Shown here one piece after another: positions 19,247 to 28,747 of a stretch of 64,000 nucleotides of DNA. How positions within the stretch are numbered: position 1 is the first letter of the stretch; the number at the start of each line of letters is the position of its first letter. The stretch spans positions 38,542-102,541 of the forward strand of contig JANXUB010000222.1 of assembly GCA_025352105.1 (NCBI GenBank). The letters are read 5' to 3'. The notes under the pieces are model-generated. The model saw only the letters and a list, made by a program, of their open reading frames with translations, was not told the origin of the DNA and made no database searches. The stretch comes from Burkholderiales bacterium (GTDB lineage Bacteria > Pseudomonadota > Gammaproteobacteria > Burkholderiales > Casimicrobiaceae). The translations under genes and the position numbers were made by a program.

Positions 19247-20440
19247 TTGTCCAAACGCCACATCGCCCGCATTGCGGCGCTACTCTTCTTGTCCGTACTT
19301 GTGGCCGCATGTCAGAAAGAAGTGGTTCGACCCGATCCACCGCCGCTGCCGCCGGTTCCGACGATGTACCACTCGGACGCCCCCGCTGCGGTCAATTTTC
19401 TTGCTAGAGCGGTCGCGCAACAGCTCTCGCGCACCGACCGACCGCTGCATTCAACGGTGCCCGTCGACGAGTTTTTTAGTGTGCAATCGGCCGAGGTCTC
19501 AACGTCGGGCCGAGCGCTCCAGCGCGACCTCGCCGTTGCGCTTTCGCAGGCGATGCCCCCGCTCAAATTTGTGCCGCTCGACGTCAACAGTGCTAACAGC
19601 GCACAGTGGGTATTGCTCGCCAATTATGCGGTGCCCAGCAGCACTGAAGCGCTGCAACCGGGCAAGTGGATTCGTCTGCAAGTTGCCATGACGGAATCAT
19701 CTTCGGGCAAGGTGCTAACCCGGATCAACACTTATCTGGACGCATCGCAGTTCAACGCCGAACCAACCCAGTTCTTCAAAGACGCGCCGATGTACTTCGC
19801 CGATGACCGGCACCGCGACCGATTGGGCGCGATGGAAGGGCAGAAGCAGCCGCTCTACAACGCGCTGCAAATTCAGTCCGAATTGGCAAACGCGATCGCG
19901 GCGTACGAGGCAGGCAAATTTCCCGATGCCGAGCAAGGCTTCCTGAAGCTTCGTGGAATGGCGGCAAACCATCCGGGCGCGCTCACCGGGCTCTACCAAA
20001 CGTACTGGAAGATGGCGCGGAAGGCCGAAGCCGAACAGGCGTTTTCGGATCTGGTTGCAGCGGGAATCGACGCCGGATCGCTGTCGGTAAAACTGTTGTT
20101 TAAAGTCGGTGGCACAGCCTTTGTCGACAGCGCCGATCTTTCAACGCAGTATCGCCTGTGGCTTAAATCGGTGGGACAGGTGGTCGGAACCAAAAATCGT
20201 TGTGTTGACATCACGGGTCACGCCAGCAAATCCGGCTCTACCGAATACAACGACCGTCTATCGCTGCAACGCGCCGAGAGCATCGTCGCTTTGATCGGAC
20301 AAACCAGCCGCGATGCGCGCACCCGATTCAAAGCCGCCGGGCGGGGATTTCAGGAAACGATTGTTGGCACGGGCGCGAACGACGCGACGGATGCCATTGA
20401 TCGGCGCGTGGAATTCAAAGTGCGGTCTTGCGGTGGTTAG
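19247..20440 (+). CDS. lipoprotein with C-terminal OmpA-like peptidoglycan-binding domain
   Basis: GGAGG then TTG start, lipobox LVAAC, TPR-like middle, OmpA_C motifs NDRLSLQRAESI and RRVEF. Confidence 0.8.
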   Translation: MSKRHIARIAALLFLSVLVAACQKEVVRPDPPPLPPVPTMYHSDAPAAVNFLARAVAQQLSRTDRPLHSTVPVDEFFSVQSAEVSTSGRALQRDLAVALSQAMPPLKFVPLDVNSANSAQWVLLANYAVPSSTEALQPGKWIRLQVAMTESSSGKVLTRINTYLDASQFNAEPTQFFKDAPMYFADDRHRDRLGAMEGQKQPLYNALQIQSELANAIAAYEAGKFPDAEQGFLKLRGMAANHPGALTGLYQTYWKMARKAEAEQAFSDLVAAGIDAGSLSVKLLFKVGGTAFVDSADLSTQYRLWLKSVGQVVGTKNRCVDITGHASKSGSTEYNDRLSLQRAESIVALIGQTSRDARTRFKAAGRGFQETIVGTGANDATDAIDRRVEFKVRSCGG

Positions 20441-20519
20441 TTGCCCGTGGAGACCAACCCGCAGCGGTTGAAAATCACCGAACTCGGGCCGATTGAAATT
20501 ATTTTTGGAGCTTTAAAAC

Positions 20520-21494
20520 ATGAAAAAGACAACTCAAAAGATTCGCAACATCGCAGGATTGACTGCATTGGCCGCCGCCTGTCTCGCCAGCATCGCCAGT
20601 GCGCCCACGATGGCGCAAGAGCTCTATAGCGGTTATTTGTGCTGCAATTATCGGCACGATGGCAGCGGCTGGATGTCGGACTCGAACTACGGCCCCAATC
20701 CCATGATGGGCCTCGGTGCAACCGTCGTCATGGAGAGCTATGGTCGTAACCGCGTCAACACGACCATGAATGGCGCTCGGATGAGCATCGGCAACGACTA
20801 CAGCCGCGACCTGAGTCTTGAGCAGTTTGCAAAGCGGATCATCGTCCGGCAGGATCCGAAGATACGGCTGGCAACTTTCCCGCGAGCCGTTCAAGACGCC
20901 ATTTCGTCGGGCCGGATCATGACCGGCATGACCAAAGAGCAAGTGCTGATGGCGTTGGGCTATCCCATCACCAGCGAAACGCCGCAGCTGGATATGCCCA
21001 CGTGGCGCTATTGGCTAAGCTCGTTTGAAGAGTTTTCTGTGAGCTGGTCGAATGATCGCGTGGCGAATGTTGGCGGTGATCGCGGCGTGGTGGCCAAAGT
21101 GTTGATGCCGGGTTCGGCGTCGGGCAGCGGTGCACCCGCCAGCGCGAACAACAAAAACAACCCGACTGGGGGCTCAGCCCCGGTTGCCTCAAACAGCAAC
21201 AAATTGCTTTTGATTTTTGATGGCGACAGCTCGCGCCCGTACGACATTCTTGGCGAAGTCAGCATCAGCCTTTCGGGCCGAAGCGTTTACGCATCAGGCA
21301 GCGCCAACGGCGATGCCCGCGAAGAAATCAAGCAGGAAGCAAAAAACAAATTTGGCGACAGCGCCGACGCCGTGATTAATTTCAGGGCGGACACGGTGAC
21401 GCAGGGTGGACTTTGGGGCGCGATCGGAGCCGGTTACGGCGCGCGCAACACGACAGTGAACGCGTCGGGCGTAGCGGTGCGATTCAAGAAATAA
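20520..21494 (+). CDS. exported protein with BamE/SmpA-OmlA-like domain and YbjQ-like C-terminal segment
   Basis: signal peptide ...APTMAQ; MTKEQVLMALGYP...WRYW block resembles BamE; weak family assignment. Confidence 0.5.
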   Translation: MKKTTQKIRNIAGLTALAAACLASIASAPTMAQELYSGYLCCNYRHDGSGWMSDSNYGPNPMMGLGATVVMESYGRNRVNTTMNGARMSIGNDYSRDLSLEQFAKRIIVRQDPKIRLATFPRAVQDAISSGRIMTGMTKEQVLMALGYPITSETPQLDMPTWRYWLSSFEEFSVSWSNDRVANVGGDRGVVAKVLMPGSASGSGAPASANNKNNPTGGSAPVASNSNKLLLIFDGDSSRPYDILGEVSISLSGRSVYASGSANGDAREEIKQEAKNKFGDSADAVINFRADTVTQGGLWGAIGAGYGARNTTVNASGVAVRFKK

Positions 21495-21538
21495 ATTGAG
21501 GGAGTCGATGGCGGCTCGAAAAAGGACGCCCAAACCCT

Positions 21539-21638
21539 CAGGGGAACGCTGAACCGATGCAATTTCTAGCTTTACCGGCGCAGGCCGGTATCCACGCCCC
21601 GGTCTTCACCGGGGTGACGATTTATTCAGCGCCTCTCT
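21539..21638. mobile_element. MITE-like element (family 2, short copy)
   Basis: aggggaacgctgaaccgat ... atttattcagcgcctctct termini; shares ggcgcaggccgg and ggccggtatccacgcccc with the 16335-16496 copy. Confidence 0.5.
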
Positions 21639-21658
21639 AACTGATGCGATTTCGATTG

Positions 21659-23338
21659 TTACCCCAGCGTAATGTACTGGGTCACATGGCCCGCCCGATC
21701 ATGCTTGGCTGACAACCCTATGTTACTGCCCGCTTTCGCACGCACAATCCACGTAAATCGCTGTCGATCCTGTGTGGCGTTTGCGCCGGGGAAAAAACTT
21801 ACCAGTGTGGCATTGTTATTTCTACCCTCGAGCTGCGTGCCTTCGATGCGTGATTTACCTTCGACGAGCGTCGCGCCTTCGGGCAAAGTGATGTCTCCCA
21901 TCACGCCGCGCACGAGTTTGGTTTTCCGCGTGAGTTTGCTGACATCGCTCGGCAGATAACCCGTGTTGTGGACGCCGAAATCAACGCGCCACAAATCGTT
22001 CCCGAGGGAGGTGACTTTGGTCGAATGGTGCTCCAGCTTTGGCGACATCAGCGCCTGGAAAATAATCCATTCCGGGAACTTGTTGACCTCTTTTTCCATG
22101 AGGTGCGAGGGCGGATTGCTGAACGTGTAAATGCGGTTCCAGCCGCCGAGCTCGACCTTGCCGAGCTCCGGATGGTCGTACGAATACCAGTCGACATAGC
22201 CTTTGCCCTGGTGCGTTTCGTCCGTCCATTTGAGGAGCTTCATGTCGTCCTCAACCGGATGATCGCGGAACCAGTCGATGTACTTGTAGCCCGTGATCCC
22301 GGCCTCGCGCATCGGGCACCAGATCTCCACCACCCAGGCATATGAGCCGAGCACGGTGTAGAGCCAGTCCTGGGTGCCGGTGATGACTTCTTTCGGGTGA
22401 TATTTGAACTCGTGAAACACGCTGATCGCGGGGTAGCCGGTGAGTTCGGTGCCCTTGTCGCCCTGCGTCTTGAATACCCACAAATCCTCAGGCGGCATTT
22501 CATCATCGGCCTTGGTGCCGAAGGGCCGCAGCAGCACGCCGCTCCAGGTGTGGAAAAACACGCCGCCGCAAATATTGCGATGTTTGTTGATGAACTCAAC
22601 GCAGGCGCGCACTTCCGGCTCGCTGGTCGGGAAGTCGCCCGCGCCGAGCTGCTCGCCCTCGCCGCGCCATTCCTCGGGGAAATTGCGGTTGAGATCGAGT
22701 CCGGTCTTCGGTCGGGCCACGGGCAGGTTGAAGCCATCGTAATTCTTGACGCGGCCTTCGGACACGATGCGGAAATATTCGCCACCCGTTTCCACCGGAT
22801 CGCGGCGCACCATCAGCCGGGTTTCGGTGGCATGCTTTTTCCACGGCCCGTTTACGTCCGGAATACGCATCATGAGGATTCGGCCATCGCCGTCGATGTC
22901 CTCGGCCTCCAGCCCCTCAATCGCGTCCTCGTTGTATGGGTAGGGCCGCGTGGATGAGCGGATGTACTTAGGCTTGTCGGCCATCGCCCATTCCGCGCCG
23001 TCCGGGTTCACGCGCGGAATCACGTAGATCGCGCGGGTGTCAAGGAGGCGCGTAATGTCGTCGCGTTTGCCGTAATTGGACAGCAGCGTGTCGATCAGCT
23101 TAAACGCGGCAACAGAGCCGGAAAGCTCGGTCGCGTGAATGTTCGCGTCGACATAGAACGCGGGCTTGGTGAGCGGCTCGCCGGTCGCGTAATTGGTGAT
23201 GGTGATGCACCATATCGAGCGGCCCTCGTGGCTCGCTCCGATGCAGGCCATGCGGGCTAGATTCGGGTGGCTATCGGCCGCGTGGCGCAGCAGGGAGGTG
23301 AGTTCTTCAAACTTGACGAAGCGGTCGTAGGGGAACAT
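21659..23338 (-). CDS. M14 family zinc carboxypeptidase, no signal peptide
   Basis: HxxE zinc motif DANIHATELSG, VNPDGAEW block. Confidence 0.8.
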   Translation of the reverse strand: MFPYDRFVKFEELTSLLRHAADSHPNLARMACIGASHEGRSIWCITITNYATGEPLTKPAFYVDANIHATELSGSVAAFKLIDTLLSNYGKRDDITRLLDTRAIYVIPRVNPDGAEWAMADKPKYIRSSTRPYPYNEDAIEGLEAEDIDGDGRILMMRIPDVNGPWKKHATETRLMVRRDPVETGGEYFRIVSEGRVKNYDGFNLPVARPKTGLDLNRNFPEEWRGEGEQLGAGDFPTSEPEVRACVEFINKHRNICGGVFFHTWSGVLLRPFGTKADDEMPPEDLWVFKTQGDKGTELTGYPAISVFHEFKYHPKEVITGTQDWLYTVLGSYAWVVEIWCPMREAGITGYKYIDWFRDHPVEDDMKLLKWTDETHQGKGYVDWYSYDHPELGKVELGGWNRIYTFSNPPSHLMEKEVNKFPEWIIFQALMSPKLEHHSTKVTSLGNDLWRVDFGVHNTGYLPSDVSKLTRKTKLVRGVMGDITLPEGATLVEGKSRIEGTQLEGRNNNATLVSFFPGANATQDRQRFTWIVRAKAGSNIGLSAKHDRAGHVTQYITLG

Positions 23339-23435
23339 GAAGCAGCAGTTTCAAAAGCGTAATCGGGCATTGTGCCAAACGCCTCGTGTTGCAGCGCGGG
23401 AAGGGCGGGGTCGAAATGCGACTAAACCGAATTTG

Positions 23436-23560
23436 GAGAAGCAGCTTTCTGGTGAAAGCCCTTCCGGAAAGGGGCTACAGGCTCAAAAATATACAAGTCG
23501 ACTTTTGCGATAATACGGCGCTATCCCAAATAAGAGCGTTATTTCAGCGAAAAGCTTATT
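23436..23560 (+). repeat. copy 2 of ~125-bp nested-palindrome intergenic element
   Basis: gagaagcagctttct...ggggctacagg...aagtcgactt...gctatccc aaataagagcg...gaaaagcttatt; the last 5 nt include the pgk stop codon. Confidence 0.7.
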
Positions 23561-24740
23561 CGCTGAATCGCGCCTCAAGTGCCGCCACCGCTGGCAACGT
23601 TTTGCCTTCCAGAAACTCCAGAAATGCCCCGCCCGCCGTGGAGATGTAGCTCACTTTGTCGGTGATCCCGAATTTGTTGATCGCGGCAATGGTGTCGCCG
23701 CCGCCCGCGATGGAGAAAGCGGGCGATGCGGCGATTGCTGCCGCGATGGCCTTGGTGCCGCCTGCGAACTGATCGAACTCGAACACCCCGACCGGGCCGT
23801 TCCAGACGATCGTGCCAGCGGTTTCGAGCGTGTGAGCCAGTGCGGCGGCGCTCGTGGGGCCGATGTCGAGAATCATGTCGTCGGCGGTGACTTCGGCGAG
23901 CGACTTGGTCGTCGCCGTTGCCGTTACCGAAAACTCTTTCGAGCAAACGACATCAGTCGGAAGCGGCACCGAAGCACCGCGCGCGGCCATCTTGTCGATG
24001 ATCGCTTTGGCCTCGTGAATCAGGTCAGCCTCCGCTAGCGATTTGCCGATTTTGTGGCCCTGCGCCAAGAGAAATGTGTTGGCGATACCGCCGCCCACAA
24101 TGAGCTGATCCACCTTATCCGCCAGTGACGCGAGGATCGTCAGCTTGGTCGACACCTTGGAACCGGCCACAATCGCCACCAATGGCCGTTTGGGCGCGAG
24201 TAACGCCGCGCCGAGGGCAGAGAGCTCTCCTGCCATCAACGGGCCCGCGCAGGCCGTTTTGGCGAAGCGGGCGATACCTTCGGTGGTCGCCTCGGCCCGA
24301 TGCGCGGTGCCGAACGCGTCGTTAGCGTAAACGTCGCACAGCGCCGCCATTTTTTTGGCCAGCGCTTCGTCGTTCTTCTTCTCGCCCTTGTTGCAGCGAC
24401 AGTTTTCCAGCAGCACTACCTCGCCGGACGCGACAGTAAAGCCACCGTCGACCCAGTTGGCGATCAGACGCACCGGCTGGCCGATCAATTCCGAGAGCCG
24501 CTTCGCAATCGGCGCGAGCGAATCCTCGGGCTTCACTTCGCCCTCGGTCGGTCGTCCCAAATGCGAGGTCACCATCACCGCCGCACCCGCTTTGGCAGCA
24601 AACGCAATCCCTGGCACCGAAGCACGAATCCGCGTGTCATCCGTGATGTTGCCCGCATCGTCCTGCGGCACATTGAGGTCGGCGCGGATGAAAACGCGCT
24701 GATTTTTGAGATTGAGGTCGGTGAGTTTTTTGAAGTTCAT
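23556..24740 (-). CDS. pgk: phosphoglycerate kinase
   Basis: 394 aa, full-length match to the Pgk pattern (RADLNVP, HLGRP, STGGGA). Confidence 0.95.
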   Translation of the reverse strand: MNFKKLTDLNLKNQRVFIRADLNVPQDDAGNITDDTRIRASVPGIAFAAKAGAAVMVTSHLGRPTEGEVKPEDSLAPIAKRLSELIGQPVRLIANWVDGGFTVASGEVVLLENCRCNKGEKKNDEALAKKMAALCDVYANDAFGTAHRAEATTEGIARFAKTACAGPLMAGELSALGAALLAPKRPLVAIVAGSKVSTKLTILASLADKVDQLIVGGGIANTFLLAQGHKIGKSLAEADLIHEAKAIIDKMAARGASVPLPTDVVCSKEFSVTATATTKSLAEVTADDMILDIGPTSAAALAHTLETAGTIVWNGPVGVFEFDQFAGGTKAIAAAIAASPAFSIAGGGDTIAAINKFGITDKVSYISTAGGAFLEFLEGKTLPAVAALEARFSE

Positions 24741-24773
24741 GGCAAAGCGCGACGAGCGATTTCAGAAGTTAAA

Positions 24774-25781
24774 TTACTTCGCACCCATGAGCGCAACCGT
24801 CGTATCCAGCATACGATTGCTGAAGCCCCACTCGTTGTCGTACCACGAGCACACCTTGACCAGACGGCCCGAGACCTTGGTGCAGGTTGCGTCGAACACG
24901 GAGCTGTGCGGGTTGTGATTGAAGTCGCTGGAGACGAGCGGTCCGTCGCTGTAGGCGAGCACGTTTTTGAGCGGGCCGTTGGCGGCGGCTTTCATGATGG
25001 CGTTGATTTCGTCGACTGTCGTGTCACGGTTGGCGACAAAAGACAAATCAACGAGCGACACATTGATTGTCGGCACGCGGACCGAGAAGCCGTCCAACTT
25101 GCCGTTCAATTCTGGCAAAACGAGGCCAACCGCAGCGGCAGCGCCCGTTTTCGTCGGAATCATGTTGTGGGCTGCGGCGCGAGCGCGACGCAGGTCCTTG
25201 TGGAACACGTCGGTCAACACCTGATCGTTGGTGTAGCTGTGGATTGTGTTCATCAGGCCGTTGACGATGCCAATTTCCTTGTGCAAAACCATGGCAAGCG
25301 GAGCCAGACAGTTGGTCGTGCAACTTGCGTTCGAGATGACGGTGTCGCTCGCCTTGAGCACACTGTGGTTCACACCGTAAACGACGGTGGCGTCCACGTC
25401 CTTTTCGCCCGGAGCCGAGATCACGACCTTCTTCGCGCCACCGCTCAAGTGCGCGCCTGCGCGGGCCTTGCTGGTGAACAGGCCGGTGCATTCGAGCACT
25501 ACATCGACGCCGCGTTCGCCCCATGGAATTTCGGCAGGATTTCGGATCGCGAACACCTTGATGTGATCGCCTTCGATGACAAGGTTGTCGCCTTCAACGG
25601 CCACCGTCTTGGCGAACGGTCCGTGCGCCGTGTCGTAGCGGGTCAGATGCGCGTTGGTTTCGCTATCGCCCAGATCATTGATCGCGACGATTTCGATATC
25701 GGTGCGACCGGATTCATAGAGCGCGCGAAGCACATTGCGACCGATGCGACCGTAACCGTTGATGCCTACTTTGATTGCCAT
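24774..25781 (-). CDS. gap: glyceraldehyde-3-phosphate dehydrogenase
   Basis: [12 protein letters not shown] motif, active site SCTTNCLAP. Confidence 0.95.
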   Translation of the reverse strand: MAIKVGINGYGRIGRNVLRALYESGRTDIEIVAINDLGDSETNAHLTRYDTAHGPFAKTVAVEGDNLVIEGDHIKVFAIRNPAEIPWGERGVDVVLECTGLFTSKARAGAHLSGGAKKVVISAPGEKDVDATVVYGVNHSVLKASDTVISNASCTTNCLAPLAMVLHKEIGIVNGLMNTIHSYTNDQVLTDVFHKDLRRARAAAHNMIPTKTGAAAAVGLVLPELNGKLDGFSVRVPTINVSLVDLSFVANRDTTVDEINAIMKAAANGPLKNVLAYSDGPLVSSDFNHNPHSSVFDATCTKVSGRLVKVCSWYDNEWGFSNRMLDTTVALMGAK

Positions 25782-25807
25782 GTTGCCTTCCCTGTGTATT
25801 TTTTGTC

Positions 25808-25945
25808 TCCGTCTCCCCCGGCGGGAGAGCGGGCTACGCTTGGCCCTAGTAAGGGCTAGGGTGAGGGGGCTCGTTGCATGTCGATCAACGTGGATTAGTG
25901 TGCAACCAACCCCCTCATCCTAACCTTCTCCCGCGAGGGGAGAAG
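25808..25945. repeat. composite palindromic repeat (gggagag / ggtgaggggg type)
   Basis: tctcccccggcgggaga; ctagggtgagggggctcgttgca paired with tgcaaccaaccccctcatcctaa; tctcccgcgaggggaga. Confidence 0.6.
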
Positions 25946-25955
25946 GGACACTCTG

Positions 25956-28115
25956 CTAGATCAACGTTTTGGCGCGGGCCACCACGTTCTCCAACGTCAA
26001 TCCAAAATGCTTCATCAGCACTGGCGCGGGCGCTGACTCACCGAAGCTGTCGATGCCGACCACAGCCCCGTGCAGGCCGACGTACTTCCACCAGCCATCG
26101 GTCACGCCCGCTTCAATCGCAAGCTTCGGCACATCCGGCGGCAGCACAGCCAGTTTGTAATCCACGCTTTGCTGATCGAACAATTGCGTGCACGGCATGG
26201 AGACTACGCGTACTTGGACGTCCTGTTCTGCCAGCGCTTTCTGCGCGGCGAGTGCGAGTCCAACCTCCGAGCCGGTCGCGATGATCACCAGCGCAGGCGC
26301 CAATACTTCTGACACGATGTAACCACCACGCCGAATGAGCGCCTCGTGTGACGCATCGCGCTTGATGACGGCCGTGTTTTGTCGCGACAGGCAGAGCATC
26401 GTCGGGCCGTCTTTGCGCTCAATACCGCTGGCGTACGCGACCGCCGATTCCAGCGAATCCGCCGGACGCCACACATGCAAACCGGGGATCAAGCGCAACG
26501 AGGCGACGTGCTCAACGGGCTGATGCGTCGGGCCGTCTTCGCCGACACCGATGGAGTCGTGCGTGAAGATGTAGAGCACGCGAATTTTCATGAGCGCGGC
26601 CATGCGAACGGCGTTGCGCGCATAGTCGCTGAACACGAGGAAGGTGCCTACGTAGGGGATGATGCCACCGTGCAACGCCATCCCGTTTGCTATCGCGCAC
26701 ATGCCGAATTCGCGAACGCCGTAGCCGATGTGCTGACCGGGACCAGCCAATAAAACTTGCTCGGTTCTTGCGCTCGCGAAGTTCATTGCGTCATCAACCG
26801 TCGTTTCCGGCGATATGACGGCAAGCAAATCCGACACGGCGCGAACCTCCTCAACCTTGCGCTGAGGACTCGACACTGCGTTTCTGGCCCGATCGCGAAC
26901 GGCTCCTTGATAGCTCCACATTGACATCGCCGTCAACGCCGTGCTTTTCTTGTGATTGGTTAGATTTGAACCAGTCAAATCGGCAGAGCCGCCAATCATT
27001 TCTGGCAATGCAGGCCCGAAAAATTCGAGCGCGTTTTGCGCCGCTTTACGGGTAGCAACTTCTTTGTCCACCGAGATTGCAGAATCAATGGCACGTTTCA
27101 AAATCTCTGCATAGTTCGCCGGTAAATCACCAGCAAAGCGGCGCTTAAGCTCTGGATCAGCGCTGGCGAACACGGCGTCCCACTTGGTCTCTAGCGCCGC
27201 GCCCGCTGCTTTCGCATCAAGCACTGCATAGGCCTCGGCGGGCAACTCAAACGGCGGCAAGGTCCAGCCGATGTTCGCGCGCGTCGCCGCGATTTCGTCG
27301 CCCATGACGGCTGTGCCATGTGCATCGGCCGTGCCGTGTTTGTTCGGCGAGCCGTGACCGATGTCGGTCTTGCAGATGATCATTGTTGGGCGCGACGTTT
27401 CCGTTTTCGCAGCGACGATTGCGGCGTCAACTGCGTCAATGCTTTGCCCGTCAATCGGGCCGATCACGTTCCAGCCGTACGCGCAGAAGCGGGCGGCGGT
27501 GTCGTCGCGGAACCAGCCTTCAACGTGACCGTCGATAGAGATGCCGTTGTCGTCGTAAAACGCGATCAGTTTGTTGAGCCCCAGCACGCCTGCGAGAGAG
27601 CAGACCTCGTGCGACACACCTTCCATCATGCAGCCGTCGCCTAGGAGAACGTAGGTGTGATGATTGATGATGACGTGACCGGGACGGTTGTAGGTTGCAG
27701 CCAGCAATTTCTCGGCGAGCGCCATGCCGACCGCGTTGCCGATGCCTTGACCGAGCGGCCCAGTGGTCGTCTCGATGCCGGGCGTCACGCCGACCTCAGG
27801 ATGCCCTGGCGTCTTGCTGTGCAATTGACGGAAATTTTTGATCTCTGACATCGGCAGATCGTAGCCCGACAGATGCAAGAGCGCATACGGCAACATCGAG
27901 CCGTGGCCGTTTGACACCACGAAGCGGTCACGGTTCGGCCAATGCGGATTCGCTGGGTTGTGCTTTAAGTGTTTCGACCACAACGCGACGGCAATTTCGG
28001 CCATGCCCATCGGCATGCCCTGATGCCCGGATTTGGCTTGCGCTACGGCGTCGACCGCGAGGATTCGGATGGCGTTGGCGGTGGTGTGGAGATCAGCTGC
28101 GGAAGGAGTGGCCAT
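25956..28115 (-). CDS. tkt: transketolase (carries a ~60-aa internal insertion)
   Basis: 719 aa; [11 protein letters not shown] motif, [15 protein letters not shown]; colinear with E. coli TktA except for the segment encoded at 26730-26957. Confidence 0.93.
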   Translation of the reverse strand: MATPSAADLHTTANAIRILAVDAVAQAKSGHQGMPMGMAEIAVALWSKHLKHNPANPHWPNRDRFVVSNGHGSMLPYALLHLSGYDLPMSEIKNFRQLHSKTPGHPEVGVTPGIETTTGPLGQGIGNAVGMALAEKLLAATYNRPGHVIINHHTYVLLGDGCMMEGVSHEVCSLAGVLGLNKLIAFYDDNGISIDGHVEGWFRDDTAARFCAYGWNVIGPIDGQSIDAVDAAIVAAKTETSRPTMIICKTDIGHGSPNKHGTADAHGTAVMGDEIAATRANIGWTLPPFELPAEAYAVLDAKAAGAALETKWDAVFASADPELKRRFAGDLPANYAEILKRAIDSAISVDKEVATRKAAQNALEFFGPALPEMIGGSADLTGSNLTNHKKSTALTAMSMWSYQGAVRDRARNAVSSPQRKVEEVRAVSDLLAVISPETTVDDAMNFASARTEQVLLAGPGQHIGYGVREFGMCAIANGMALHGGIIPYVGTFLVFSDYARNAVRMAALMKIRVLYIFTHDSIGVGEDGPTHQPVEHVASLRLIPGLHVWRPADSLESAVAYASGIERKDGPTMLCLSRQNTAVIKRDASHEALIRRGGYIVSEVLAPALVIIATGSEVGLALAAQKALAEQDVQVRVVSMPCTQLFDQQSVDYKLAVLPPDVPKLAIEAGVTDGWWKYVGLHGAVVGIDSFGESAPAPVLMKHFGLTLENVVARAKTLI

Positions 28116-28200
28116 TCGGGATACCGAGGTAATGAAAAACGCCGCATTGACGCAGCTTAGGCCTCAATTATCGCTGAGCCGGGACAGCCGAACACCGAGC

Positions 28201-28330
28201 TAGCAGCTTTATCTTGAAAAGATCGTTGCGTTTGGGCTAGGCTCGAAAAATTCTACTTATCGACTTTATATAAATTGAAGCTGTAGTCCATATGAAACGG
28301 CGGTTGCGTGAAAAAATTGAAGCAACTGTT
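28201..28330 (+). repeat. copy 3 of ~125-bp nested-palindrome intergenic element
   Basis: tagcagctttat...gggctaggctc...tatcgacttt...gctgtagtcc atatgaaacggcgg...gaagcaactgtt. Confidence 0.65.
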
Positions 28331-28354
28331 GCACGTCTAGGATTGTGCTGGGTC

Positions 28355-28747
28355 CTACATCTGCGCCCAGGGCAACCCGTCAAATCGCCAGCCGCTCTTG
28401 TGTCCGCGATGGAAGTTCTCGTCGAGATCGCCTTCGAAGCCGTGCAGCACGTTGTACACATCAGAAAATCCGGCGTTTTCGAGCACTTTGCCCGCGTCAA
28501 CCGAGCGTTTTCCGCTGCGGCAGATCAGCACGACGGGGCGCGTCCTGACCCCGGCGACCAGCGCCTTCACATGCTGTGCGAATTCCGGTTGCACATCCCA
28601 GTCTGGCGGCTCCTGCCACGCGATGTGCTCAGCGCCGACCGGATGACCGACGTAGAAATATTCAATCTCCGAACGCACATCAACGAACACCGCGTCGGTG
28701 TTCGCGTGAATGAACTCGTGCGCTTCTTTCGGCGTAAGGTGTTTCAT
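28355..28747 (-). CDS. rhodanese-like sulfurtransferase domain protein
   Basis: 130 aa, active-site loop CRSGKRS; ATGA overlap with the upstream permease gene; the longer 313-aa ORF call is rejected. Confidence 0.8.
   Translation of the reverse strand: MKHLTPKEAHEFIHANTDAVFVDVRSEIEYFYVGHPVGAEHIAWQEPPDWDVQPEFAQHVKALVAGVRTRPVVLICRSGKRSVDAGKVLENAGFSDVYNVLHGFEGDLDENFHRGHKSGWRFDGLPWAQM

Noticed and set aside
24300-25859. 519-aa + strand ORF spanning pgk and gap
   Set aside because: It is antisense to two unambiguous glycolytic genes and crosses their intergenic gap. The translation is Arg/Val/His-rich and nonsense-like, so it is a shadow ORF.
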